A DNA stretch of 64,000 bases from Vicugna vicugna. Lineage: Eukaryota. The stretch covers positions 1,438,753 to 1,502,752 of the forward strand of contig MU057560.1 in NCBI GenBank assembly GCA_013265495.1, given 5' to 3'. The notes under the pieces were generated by a model that saw only the letters and a list, made by a program, of their open reading frames with translations, made no database searches and was not told where the DNA came from. This document shows positions 26,561 to 38,510 of this stretch, piece after piece; within the stretch, counting starts at the first letter, position 1; the number at the start of each line of letters is the position of its first letter. The position numbers and the translations under genes were made by a program.

Positions 26561-26849
26561 GGGGGGGAATGCCGAATAGAGTGCAGACTGTTATAAATAA
26601 ATCTGACATTATTGCAATCGTCTGACATAACGGTGCTAAGAGGACTGGGGATAAGGAAGCCAACATAACTTGGGGACTTTTTCCTGACACTGTAAGGGTG
26701 GAGACAAAGAGAAGCATGTGTAAGCACTGTTCTCTTGTTGGTGAGATTGCCCTTCACGGTGGGACATTTTAGCAACTTCAAAACTACTCTACGTTTACCT
26801 TAGGGTTAAACACATTAAACACTGTGCATAGTGATAGCTGGGCTACTTA

Positions 26850-27885
26850 CTGATGGAGAGAAAAGTTACAAGTAAACAGCAGAGGAAGGTTAGAAAGAGC
26901 CTTATAGTGTTAATTAGAACAACTGAACTACAGAATAAGTAACTATTCTTTATGATTGCAACCCAGGGAGTGAAATAAATACCCAAGAGTCCAAATAACT
27001 GCATGCTGGAATAAATAATCAAATGAATGGGAGGGAAAGGACAATTATTTTCAGGGAAGACTTCCGATTAATAAGTGTGGAAAGCATGAGAGAAACAGAA
27101 AATCGCCATTAGGTAATAATCATTGCAGGCAAGGTCACTGATGACTGTTGCAATTAGTGGACAAACCTTAAAGGAGAAACAGGAAATTTTCATCACCTCA
27201 GAGCCCCTCCCGCAAAATGCTATTAACTGCTGCGCTGGTTTTAAGGTGTGTCTACAGATGCTGCGGTGATTCTTCCTCTAGGAGGTGGGCTCCGCTCCCC
27301 TCCCTGGGGTACGAGCTGTGCTTGGTAACTGGCGTCTGGCGCTGACAGTACGAAGAGGCGAGACAGTACCGTTACAGCAGAGGAACCTAACCGAAACTGC
27401 CCGACAGAGCGAAGCAGGCCAGCAGAAATGGGTCACTTTGATACAAGATCCTACTGTCACGGTGCATAAAGTGAGACGCGCTGCCCCCGCGATCTGTGCT
27501 CCCCACGGGACCCCAGAAATCCGCTGGTCCAGCCTAGTTACGAGGCAACGTTCGGAACACCCAAGCTGAGCTTCCGTCTACAGAACACCTGTCCTGTCGT
27601 CCCCAAAGCTGTCAGAGTCGTCGAAGACAAGGGCACGAGGAATGCACGCAACGCGAGATCATGGATTGAATCCTGGAACTGAAGGACACCTGTGGAAGGA
27701 ACTGGAGAAATTCGTGTAAAGCCCATGGATTAATTATACTATTGTTCCCAGTGTTGCCTTCTTGTTCACCCTCTTAGTTATATAATATAGTAACATGCGG
27801 GGAAGCTGGGTGAAGGGTACACAGGAGCCCTCTGTACCATTTTTGTGCCTTTTCTGCAATTGACTGTTATTTCAAAATAATTTTA
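26850..27885 (+). mobile_element. L1MC4/5-like 3' region
   Basis: aaaggagaaacaggaaatttt, aaaatgctattaactg and terminal taacatgcggggaagctgggtgaagggtacacaggagccctctgtaccatttttg...ttatttcaaaataa. Confidence 0.7.
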
Positions 27886-29276
27886 ACTGCTGATATAAAT
27901 TAGTTACAAATTATTAAAATCTGCCGGTGTGTAATTATTCACTTGTTCAATTATTCATTATTTTCCTTATTTTAAAAATGAATTATACACAAAGTCTTTA
28001 TTTCCTCACTCACTGAACTCCTCTGTGCCCAGCAATAGCGCGTGGCCGTAACTGGGGCAAGGAGGCGCGCAGCGCAGAGAGCAGGGAGCGCCCTCCGCCT
28101 AGAAGGTTCTGCTGTTGTCTCCAAACGGAGTGAAATTTAAACCGTGACTTGGGAAAGTTTACTGATCTGAGAAAGAGGGGACAGGAATGCCAGGAAGGAA
28201 GAACTGGTGGGCAAGGACGCAGGTTGGAAGGGACATGACGCAGTTGCAGGGAGCAGGGCGCCCTTCGCCCCGGGGGACGGGAGGACAGCTGACAAGGCGA
28301 ATGCAAGCCTGTCCGGGTTTGTCTTTTCTCTGAAAGGGGGCAGGGTGGAGGCGGCAGGCGCGGAGGAGGCCGAGATTAGACACCAGCTGAAGACACTGCG
28401 GTTTGAGGGCAGCATGAAGAGAAGCAGGTCGGAGGTGGAAAAGGGGGTGCTGGAGATTGCTGAGGTCACGTGCTGGGCAGCCAGTTAGACGGGGCGGGGC
28501 TGGGGCAGCAGGAGGCCTGGCTGTGGACTTCCCACACTTGTAATAGCTCTGATAGCCCCTTAAAGGACTTCGCAAATGATCAATCAGAACTTGTTTCCAA
28601 GAAACTATCTTTTTCCTCTTTGTTTTCATTCATCTTTCACTTCTCCAGCCCACTTGACAATCAGGACTTTGGACCCGAGCAGTGGAGATACTGGGAGATA
28701 TAAATTTAAAATACTGTGTACCAGTCACTTCTCTACTAGGAAATATAATCCTTTCCCTCGACAGCTCTCAGGAAAATACTCCAGGAGTTGTAGGTCGCGG
28801 TCTTGTTCGTATGAACTTGCTCAGAAACCAGTTCTGCCTGAGGACACGGCTTCCCTTTTGGACCTAAATCGCTGTTGGTTACTTTCCACCCTCACCTCCA
28901 CTCCCATGCTCACATGCGCTCAAGGTTGTCATAGTTCTTAAAAATAAACGTGCTTCCAAAATATGAGGTAGGGGAAAGCAAGGCTAGCGTCTTGTTCGCT
29001 TTGATTTTGAAATACCTATCTCTTCATATAGAATAGATAAAATACAATTTTACATCATACACACACATACGCACGAACATACAATGGAGTTCAAGCTGGA
29101 TTGGACTGAATTTGTTCAAAGACGAAATCTGGTCACTCTGGAGTCTTTCTGGAGTAGGTGTGCTTTGAAGGAAACACATCTGCCTTGAATAAAAATAAAT
29201 GGAAAATCAAACACATTCTACCGGCAGAAACCATCTGAAGTTGCTCTGAAACAATTTCTTGCTGGACAGCTTAGTC

Positions 29277-29367
29277 TCATTCAAGGCAATCTCTGACTTT
29301 CTGGGCATCTTGCTCACACTTCAGTTCTTCAGCGATAGATTGCCGAACTTGCCTCAGAGCTGTAGCT
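29277..29367 (-). other. Candidate exon, possibly terminal coding (xATALRQVRQSIAEELKCEQDAQKVRDCLE*)
   Basis: Acceptor ttttcagtctgatctatttcag followed by a stop-terminated, helical-looking frame. Peptide not recognised. Confidence 0.25.
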
Positions 29368-29999
29368 CTGAAATAGATCAGACTGAAAATGGCTGAGAAA
29401 ATGCGCATCACCAGGAGGCAGGGCTTTAACGAAGTGTCACAAGCCATGAATTTCAAATCCAACATGAACGGCAAAATGATTCTCTCAGACGCTGTGTGTT
29501 CTCATGCTTGTGAGGGGCGTCTCTGAACACATAATTGTCTAACATGGTTCATATCTTCAGCGGTGAATGCATGAGGTGTATCAAATTGGAAAATGCTGTT
29601 AATATGCTCTATGCCTGGCAGATGTGAGAAATTAAACTGACTGAGAAGAAAAGCAGAAGAAAAATATTTCCAGAGTCACCTTGAAAACATTCCTCTCCAC
29701 TGCTGTGCTTCTGTGGTTTTTACAGCCCACACCTTGAATTACTTGTTAACCTTTGAACTGATTCAAATAGTTGAGGTCAAAAAGTCTAAACTTTTTTAGT
29801 GAATTAAGTTTTATTTCTAAGGTAATTCAGAACAACAACAGGCGTTCCTCATCATCCCTGTATATCCACACATTTAGTCCTAAAATGTAAAGATACAAAG
29901 ACCCAAATGTCATTTAAAGGCAAAATACGGTAACAAAGCAAGAACAGGATGTGCTGACAAATACTCCTGAGGAAGAATTCTAGGAGCGCCCCGTGTTAG

Positions 30000-30400
30000 C
30001 TGCGGCTAAGCTGACTACTTAGCCTCTCATAACTTTAGTTTCTGTATCTGGAAACTGAATGCAGCTACAGTAATCTTGGTGATCATCAGGTTGATTAAAC
30101 GTTATAATGCAAATCACCTTACATAAGAAAGTTTAATGCGGTGGTTCAGTATCGAACCGTATAAAGATGCCTGAATTTAAATTTACCACTTATTAAGTTA
30201 TACACTGGCCAACTTACACAAACTTATTCTTACTTTCCACATCTGTATAGTGGGAATGGTCACAGTGTGTCCATATCACACCATTGTTAAGGGGCTTACA
30301 AGAATGTATGAGTGTGTGCGTGCGTGTATGTGTGCACAGATCGTGGGATAGCTCCTGCCCATAGTAGGCATTAGACAAATATCAGCCGCTGTTACTTTTG
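30000..30400. mobile_element. MIR SINE remnants
   Basis: ctttagtttctgtatctggaaactg, ctttccacatctgtatagtgggaatg and cctgcccatagtaggcatt resemble the MIR core and 3' end. Confidence 0.6.
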
Positions 30401-31044
30401 TTAAGAACTCTATAGTACTTGGTTTGATCTTCAAATTTTATTCATGAATTATTTTCTATTTTTGGTACTGTAGGATGTATGGCTCTTAATATCCATAGCA
30501 TTTAAAATATTTATTTCGATAAAATTCTTTTTTTTCTGAATATTTATTTGGAAGTTTCCAAATTAAATTTATACCCTTTAATGGGAAAAAAATCAGTGTC
30601 AGGTCACTGGCACTCATGTCTGAACAGTAGCCTCTGAAACTAGACTGTCACATCCTGCCAGTTTCTGAAAGGGCTCTGTTATCCATGATGACAAATGTGG
30701 GTTCAGTAAATGTTGCCTAAAAAGAACTGAACTTTGAACATATAAATACCATTTGTGAGAAAAGACGAGGGAGGTTTCCTGAACATCAGTGGGTCTAATG
30801 CTGTGCTTTCAACAGTGAAAAGCTGTATTTCAATCTAATTATATTGTTAAAATATGGAGTTGTGGAGCAGTGAATTATAATTATTTTATCTGTGCCCAAT
30901 AATTATTTAAAGTTATAAATAACATTATATTAAACTATTGCAAGATTTTGCAAAATGGGAGATGAACAGATTCATTGAAGAGGAATGTGAACATCTGTAT
31001 GAAAATGATTAATGCTAAGAAGAGTTTTTGAATATATGTATATC

Positions 31045-31540
31045 AAAATTCAAATGTCTATGGGTCTGTTTCTGTTTTGTATTTATGTTCTTTTTTTTTT
31101 TTTTAAGATTCCACATATGAGTGATCTCATATGGTACTTTTCTTTCTCTTTCTGGCTTACTTCACTTAGAATGACATTCTCCAGGAACATCCATGTTGCT
31201 GCAAATGGCATTATGTTGTCATTTTATGGCTGAATAGTATTCCATTGTATAAATATACCACGTCTTCTGGTTGCCAAGGGGGCACGGGTGGGAAGGGACA
31301 GACTGGGATTTCAAAATTTGTGGATTCTGACAGGCATATGCAGAATAGATAAACAAGATTATACTGTATAACATAGGGAAATATGTACAAGATCTTGTGG
31401 TAGCTCTCAGCGAAAAAAAATGTGACAATGAATATACGTATGTTCATGTCTAACTGAAAAATTGTGCTCTACACTGGAATTTGATACAGCATTGTAAAAT
31501 GACTCTAACTCCATAAAAAATGTAAAAAAAAATTCAAATG
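31045..31540 (+). mobile_element. Young 5'-inverted (twin-primed) L1 insertion
   Basis: Perfect 12-bp TSD AAAATTCAAATG at 31045-31056 and 31529-31540. Antisense ORF2-end segment 31057-~31267 (KTWYIYTMEYYSAIK on minus), then sense 3'UTR ~31268-31528 with A-tail. Confidence 0.93.
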
Positions 31541-31566
31541 GATCACAGCACAATTATTATTTAAGA

Positions 31567-31770
31567 CTTTTTTTAAAGATTTTTTATTGATTTATAATCA
31601 TTTTACAATGTTGTGTCAAATTCCAGTGTTCAGCACAATTTTTCAGTCATTCATGGACATATACACACTCATTGTCACATTTTTTTTCTGTGAGTTATCA
31701 TAACATTTTGTGTATATTTCCCTGTGCTATACAGTGTAATCTTGTTTATCTATTCTACAATTTTGAAATT
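31567..31770 (-). mobile_element. Young L1 3'UTR fragment, closely related to the adjacent copy
   Basis: T-rich tail followed by the reverse complement of gaatagataaacaagatta...ctgaaaaattgtgct...ctggaatttgacacaacattgtaaaatga. Confidence 0.9.
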
Positions 31771-33124
31771 ACAAAAAAATCGTGTGCTGTATTTGTAAAA
31801 GAAACTTAAGACCATATTATGAATTAATTAAAAAATTTTTAAACTACCCAAATGGCTCTTAGCCTAAATACAAATCCAATCAACACTTTTTCATATTTTC
31901 TGTAACAGTAGAGACCGAGATCATAGTTTTAGGCATAAATAATGATAAAAGAGTAGATGCTAATTTACGGAAAAATCCAGAGTAAGTCAAATCTTGTTTC
32001 TTTCTATACTGTTATTATTAAGACAGGTAAATACAATATAAATATTTTAGAATCTTTTATTCCAAAACAAAAGTGAAAACAGAAGAGTTGTTACTTGATC
32101 TTCAGGTACCAGAAAATTCTAATTTACTAGGTATAACTGTGCCACAAATGAGAAGTATTTGAATCTGAATATTTTTCAAAAAGAAAACATACTGTCTGAT
32201 TCACTTAGTGAGTGACAGCTGAACGTCTGTTTGACATCTAGTGCAAGTTAGTGAGCCTATGACAGGGATGAGACCACACGTGAAAGCTGGTAACACTGGA
32301 CAGAACATCACGCAGACGCTGGTGTGAGAGGAGTTTACATCACAGTGGGGTTTCAAAGGGGAAAGCAGAGGAGTAAGAAGAGAATAAGAAAAACGTGGTT
32401 GGTGTCCGCTGGACTCCCCTAACCTTTCAGACTCAGAGCTGGCCTGAACGTCGATGCCACGAGCACCGCAGTACTCAATCCCCCCTGTAGTTTCTCTCCC
32501 ACGGGTGCTGGTTTTTAGCCATGCTGCCTTGCTCCATAATGAGAGCTGCCAAACCCCTTCCCTCTCCCAAATGCCACCAGGACAAAGCCGAGTGTCCCAA
32601 GCAATGTGTACTGGATGTTCAGGAAGATAGACGAGGAGGGCAAACGGAGTTTGCAATTCCATGCTTTTTGGAATCGTGCAAAGAGAAACGCATCTTGATA
32701 GAGACGTGCTCTTGTTTTGAAAAGAACTTAAAATTGAGTATTACAAAGCTCTGTCCTTGAAGTTCTATTGGACACTTAGCTCAGGAATTTCTCTCGGCCA
32801 GCTTTCCCCACGGACCCAGTCTACCAACCCACTGCTGTTTATCGGACCATCCTTCCCCTTGCCCCTTCCCTTACCACCATTTACCCCAACTCCCAAATCC
32901 TGACTATCGACACTATTTGTCCTTGCTCCCTGGTCTTCTTCCACAAACCAAGGCAACCAAACTATTTTCTTCAAAATAACAGTTCTCTCTCTCTGAAGAG
33001 CTTCATGGCTGAGTTTAAAACAACGTGTACGTCCCACGTGCCTTTACGACAGCTGAATATCTACTACATGTGAGCAGCTTGCATTTTGCTTCCATTGGAT
33101 TCTTACAATTCCTTGGAAGCAGTT

Positions 33125-33270
33125 TTTATACATGGAGATGTACAGGGAAGCTGAGGTCAGCTCAGTTAAATAACATAGATTAAAATGGGAAAATGGCACT
33201 TTATTAGTCCGAAGTCACAGGTGCAGAGTCAAGGTTTGAACCCAAATCTACTTTGCTTGAAAGCACAAGC
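33125..33270. mobile_element. MIR fragment
   Basis: gggaagctgagg...ccgaagtcacaggtgcagagtcaaggtttgaacccaaatct. Confidence 0.55.
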
Positions 33271-33434
33271 CTATTTTACTTTTAAATGATGCTTCACAAA
33301 TTCGAAAATAAATGAAGAATAGTATTCAGAAGAAAGGTGTCATTTAAACTAGGACTGATAAAAGCACCAAATATCGCCTTTGGATCACTACTAAATTCAG
33401 CAAAGACTAGATTTAGACTTGATGCATCCCCGGG

Positions 33435-33590
33435 CCGTATTCAAGGTGGGGTCTTCACGTCTGTGTCCGCAGCGACACTGGGGGCTTGGGAGAAGTGCAG
33501 AATCTCAGGATCCCCGCTGGAACCACTGAATTAGAATCTGCATTTTAACCAGGTCCCCAGGTCACGCTCAGCACTTCCGAACTGGACAAA
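33435..33590. mobile_element. MER5A-like DNA transposon fossil
   Basis: gaagtgcagaatctcaggatcccc...actgaattagaatctgcattttaaccaggtccccaggt is the MER5A core. Confidence 0.8.
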
Positions 33591-34179
33591 GACTGATACC
33601 ATATTAGCTCCAAAGGCAGTCAGCGAAAAACGCACACTTGCAAACTAAGTGGAAGTCGTCAAACGTGTGATGACACAGCCATACGAACGGTCATGGCACA
33701 CACAGAAGCACGCGTGACGCCCTACTCACGTGCATGCGCGTGTGCCTCTTGGGTGAGCGCGTGCACATTTTAAAGTGGAGATTACTGAGCTGACTCCATG
33801 GCTTGGTGACATCATTGGTGGAACCACCCACAGCCATTGGCAAAAGTCTAAAAAAGGGGCAGTAGGAGTGAGGCTGGCCTGCCCATCTGAGTCACGGCTG
33901 TTCCTGGACTTCAGCGCCGAACGGTGCTGTGCTGGAACTAGAGGAGGTGCAGGTGTGGCCGCCCCCTCCCCACACGCCCTTGCCCGCTCACCTCAGCTCT
34001 GCCTCCGTCTATTTCTGGACAGGTGACTCAGCTGACACCAGTGAGTAATTCTCAGCTTGGTGCTGGCATCCCACTTCCTAGGCCTGAAATCAGACTGTTA
34101 ACATCTCTAAATCCTGTTTATTCTTCCCCTCCAGCAAAAAGGAAAATGTCTTAATGCTGCTGACGCTACAGTGTGATGA

Positions 34180-34330
34180 AGTGTTTTCCAAAATTGACTG
34201 GCATGCAGGTCTTCCGGACGTCTCACTGAAACGCAGGCTCAAATTCAGGAGGTCGGGGGCCAGAGGTGAGACTGTTCCCAGCAAACTCCTGGGCGATGCT
34301 GGTTCTCTGAGCAAACAGAAGAATAAACCA
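34180..34330. mobile_element. MER5-like fragment
   Basis: aaattcaggaggtcgggggcc...cagcaaactcctgggcgatgctg resembles MER5A/B. Confidence 0.5.
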
Positions 34331-35929
34331 CTGCAGCCAAAAAGAAAAAAAAAGTGGAGTGAGGTGGCAGGGACGGGGCGAAGAGACGAAACAGGCAGAG
34401 CTGACTGCTGACGATCACAACGGCTGTGTGCTCAGTGCAGGACCTTTGGTTCTACTGACCTGTAATTCGGAAATTTTCATAATAAATTTTAAAAGACAAA
34501 AAAAGTTAAAAACCAGTTATTTGCTTTGGTGATGAACTGTAAAACTAGTAAAATGTGTTTTGGGAAAGTCATTTTGTGGGAGGTATCAAAAATCTTAAAG
34601 AATATTTTGACATATCGCATTTCTTACCAGATTCTACTAAATAAATATTCAGAATTATATGCAAAGATTTAGATAATATTCTTCCCATACTTATTACAAT
34701 GGCAAAAATAAAATTAAAATAACCCTTTTATTTTACATACACTAAATATTATACTGTGACTGTTCTCAAAGTAGAGTTTTGGCAAAAAAAAATTCATCTG
34801 AAATCACTTAATCTGAAGTTACTGTAACACAGATTACACACAATATTGGTGTGGAGACACACTCACAGTGTAATTTAAAGAGAAGTGCAGCCTGTAAAAC
34901 CGCGTGTTGGGGTTAATCTCACATTTTATCACTTTATCTGGATATTAAGAAGCAGGTGGCTGCTTGGATATGCAGCAAAGTGATTATATTGTCTCCTCTG
35001 CTACAGTCACTTAGACACTAACTGCGTGGTCTAAAAACCCAGCTTCACACATCCCTGTCTGAACCCCGACAGAAACCCTCCTTGTCCTGTTGTCCACGCT
35101 TCAGTTTGTCCTGGCTCACGTCAGCTGCGTCACAGCGCCCCCTCAGCCTGGTCGCCCTCCTCGTCACCGCATGTTTGGAGGGTGGATCTGGCATTTAATT
35201 CCACACTTTCAGGAGAACGTCACTTTCAGAACCCGCACAGTGGCCTCCGGGTGAGGGCATCCTGGCTCCCGCCTGGACCCAGGGTGTCTGGCTCGTGGCC
35301 CCTGGGAAGAGGGAAGAGGGTGCATCATATGTCTCTGTATCTGAGGTCAGGGAAGGGGGACCAGATGTTTCTGTGGGAAAAATGCCGGACTAGGAGTGAA
35401 CCTTCCTCATCATACAAACCTTACCAAGCCCGGGAGGAGGTCTCCCCCGGCCTCAGGTTCCCCAAGGATGGTGGGACGGAGGCTCGGAGTGAGAGCGCCA
35501 CACAGACCACACAGGCCGGGGGAAGCTGAGCTGCCGTGGGCCCAAGGCTTCAGGTTTCTGACTGGTTTTTCCCGCGTGGATGACTGAAAGCTGAACACAG
35601 CTTCAGTGGAACAGCATATTCTTCCAGTGTTTAGATTCCAAAAGCTAATTGACCAAAGGAAGCGAGATGACCGTCGGTGAGAGACTCTGCCCATTGTTTG
35701 CAAATCAGAATGTACCCAGCACACTGGGTTTTGCTGGGATGCTACACAGCGTCCAGTGCAGCAGGTCCTAAATGTTCTCGAACATAAAGCGCATTTGGAA
35801 AAGCTGAGACACACACACACCTACCACCAGGAGACGCTTTCGGGTGCAGGCCCCGGGGTCCATCTTAATTCGCTCCCTAAATGAGTCCAAGGAAGTTCGT
35901 CTATTGACCACACGTCAGAAACTCCGTGC

Positions 35930-36105
35930 TTTTTTTTTTTAATTGAAGTATAGTTGTTTACAAAGTTGTGTTAATTTCAGGTAGAGAGAGAGAGAGAGAT
36001 CTGTCTTCTTTTCAGATTCGTTTCCATTGTAGGCTGTTGCAAGCTACTGAGCGCAGGTCCCTGTGCTGCGCGGTGGGTCCTGTTGTTTATTTTTTACATG
36101 GCAGT
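35930..36105 (-). mobile_element. Short L1 3' end with internal (GA)n
   Basis: ttttttttttaattgaagtatagttgtttaca...ggtccctgtgctgcgcggtgggtcctgttg is a GC-shifted version of the cetartiodactyl L1 tail. Confidence 0.8.
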
Positions 36106-36499
36106 GGGTCACTTTTCTTGGCATTGCTCTGGAAGCAAAAGCAATCATGAGACCCTTTGGTGTCTCTGGACTGCAACTGGTCCAGACGAGCTTCGGCATC
36201 TATCACGGGCGTGATGATGCCAACATAATTGCCAGATTTGCTGTACAAGAATATCAACGTGTCTGTCCCAACTAAACATTCTACTTAAATGTTACAAAGT
36301 GTTTAAATGCCTTACGATTTTCACGGAACAAACAGGACATTTGCAGAAAAGGAGACAAAAGAAATCAAGAAGGTCACCGAGCTTCCCATCTGTGGATCAG
36401 GAGTTCAGCCCAGGGCTCCCGACATCGGACCCTAATTCAGTGCCCTAATCACCGCCCCTCATCTTCCCCCAGGTGGACACCATGGTGGGGGTGCTCCCA

Positions 36500-36670
36500 G
36501 GGCTTTTGGAAAAAGAAACAGCTTTGGAACCAGAAGAGGCTGGATTCCAGTCCGCTCCACCACCTGTTAGAACTGAGCAGGGTGAGGAGCTGCCTTGCGG
36601 ACGTTTCCTCAGCTGTGAATCTGGGACTGAGTCGCTGACTCAGGAAACGTTGAGCTTCCACAACTGAGAA
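36500..36670. mobile_element. MIR SINE
   Basis: ggaaaaagaaacagctttggaaccagaagaggctggattccagtcc...gtttcctcagctgtgaatctggga. Confidence 0.65.
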
Positions 36671-37046
36671 CGAAGGAAGTGAAGTTCCTTTGTTCGCAGA
36701 CTGCACTTTCTTTCTCACAAATTCGTTTCGATTATTAAAAATCAAATCCTTAAAACAACTAATGGGGCTCGGAGAGCAACAAACACGCATCCTGCCGCCC
36801 GCCCTCAGTCAGTAAGCAGGGGGGTTTCCAGGGGGCTCGCGCAGAAGCCGTGTTTCTAGGAAGACGCTTTGGGAAAAGAACAGCGCAGCCCGCTCCTTCC
36901 CACATTTTAGGAAATGGGAAAATGCCCTGCGACCCCCACAGAAGAGGGAGGGTAACAAAACAGGGCGGAGCCAGAAGCAGCATCTTTAAAGTCACCAGCT
37001 CATGAGGCAACGTCTCCTGTTAGCTCCTGCTTCTCCCATCACTTAC

Positions 37047-37106
37047 TCCTCTTTAGACTTTCCGGGTAGCTCGGCAGCAAGCGTGCTATTCTGGGGGTCC
37101 TTCTTT
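37047..37106 (-). other. Candidate 60-nt internal exon
   Basis: Acceptor ctctgttgctacttcatcacag and donor GA|gtaagt. Open frame xKKDPQNSTLAAELPGKSKE. Confidence 0.25.
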
Positions 37107-37529
37107 CTGTGATGAAGTAGCAACAGAGCGCCACTTTTCTCTGTTACTTGTCTCAACATTACAGGTGGTGCTGACACGTACTTGTGACTGGACGGAAGAA
37201 TGCCTCTGTCGCGCTGCCTCCCGGTGCCATTGTTACAGAGCCTAAGATCTTGAAGATAAAAAGACACTCCGGGCAGCGGCTCGTATTGGGAGAGACGCTC
37301 AAACACAGAGAAGATCACTGGGGAAGTCGACAGCTGTCACTGTGCCAGGGGCACATGTATATTCCAGAAGAGTGAACATGGCAGCCTCCGCAGTTGTCTT
37401 TTTTCCACCTTCAGAGCTACCACATAAAAGGGGTTCAAAGGAAGGTAACCAAACACACCTCGCGCCACCGGCTGGCGTCACGCTGCCCTTGGTGAGGGGT
37501 TCGGCGCGGCACCCGGGCGGGTGGGGCCA

Positions 37530-37890
37530 CTCAACTGGCAGATGGCTTCAGCGGGGCAGAACAGAGAGCCCAGAAATAGCCCCACGTACAAGGTCAGCTA
37601 ACATCCGACAAGGGGGCCGAGAACCCTCAACGGGGAAAGGGCAGTCTCTTCCACAATCCGTGCTGGGAAAAGTGGATAACCACATTCAGAGAATGAAACT
37701 GGACTGACCCCTGTCTCACACCACTCACAAAAGTGCACTCAGAATGGATTAATGATTTAAATGTAAGACCTGATACCATAAAACTCCCGGAATAAAACAC
37801 AGGGAAGGAGCTCCTTGGCGTAGGACTTGGCAGCGATGTACAAGCCACACAAGCACAGCTCAACAGGTGGGACGACGTCAAAGCTGGCGG
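37530..37890 (+). mobile_element. L1 ORF2 internal fragment
   Basis: gaacagagagcccagaaatagcccc, gaatgaaactggac, gaatggattaatgatttaaatgtaagacctgataccataaaactc. Confidence 0.85.
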
Positions 37891-37946
37891 TGGTCCTAAC
37901 TGCCCACCAGGCACCGACGCTCTACGTAAAAGTATCGTGTCCCCCA

Positions 37947-37947
37947 C

Positions 37948-37975
<28 letters not shown>
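37947..37975 (+). repeat. (CA)n microsatellite
   Basis: Uninterrupted CA run of ~13-14 units. Confidence 0.95.
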
Positions 37976-37980
<5 letters not shown>

Positions 37981-38084
37981 CCCTCTGAATGTGTGCTTCC
38001 CTGAACTGCGGGATTCATTCAGAACAAAAATATTTAAAATCTGACTTAGAGAAAACACAGAATTCTCTTCATTTCATCGCCACC

Positions 38085-38510
38085 CAGTGGTGGGGTGAAA
38101 CCAGCCCACACCAGCTCACGAGAGCCATTTTTTTTTCCATTTTTAAAAATTTTGTAAATCAGTTGCTAAACATGGTAATCATTTAAAATTAAGTTGTATA
38201 AGCTTTTATTAAATTAACTATATTAAAAGCAAAAGTCATTATTGAAAATGCACTGCTTCCCAATTATTTTACCACATCTTACCACTCGCTACGCACTTCG
38301 GTTACTTGCATGCGTTGCGTGTGGTGGGGGGGTAGAAACACTACACAACGCTGTATTAATGCACGAGTCTTCCCAAGTCCTTGTTCAGTGATTTCCTGTT
38401 GGTGGCTTCAAACTGGCTGTGGCTAGAACATTTACACCATGGCGGTTGGTGACTGATACAAATGAAACCATTTTTTTTCTGCAGAGTGGGTGGTTAAACA
38501 CCAGCACATT
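38085..38510 (+). mobile_element. MER63B-like hAT-Blackjack DNA transposon fossil
   Basis: Starts cagtggtg...ccagctcacgagagcc. Contains tatattaaaagcaaaag, cttcccaattattttaccacat and catttacaccatgg. Ends ttaaacaccagcaca, complementary to the start. Confidence 0.8.

Noticed and set aside
28000..28520. GC-rich patch with several ORFs as an exon or CpG island
   Set aside because: The purine-rich pattern (ggagattgctgaggtca, ggagcaggg) resembles a degraded L2 and no peptide is recognised. Too uncertain to call either way.
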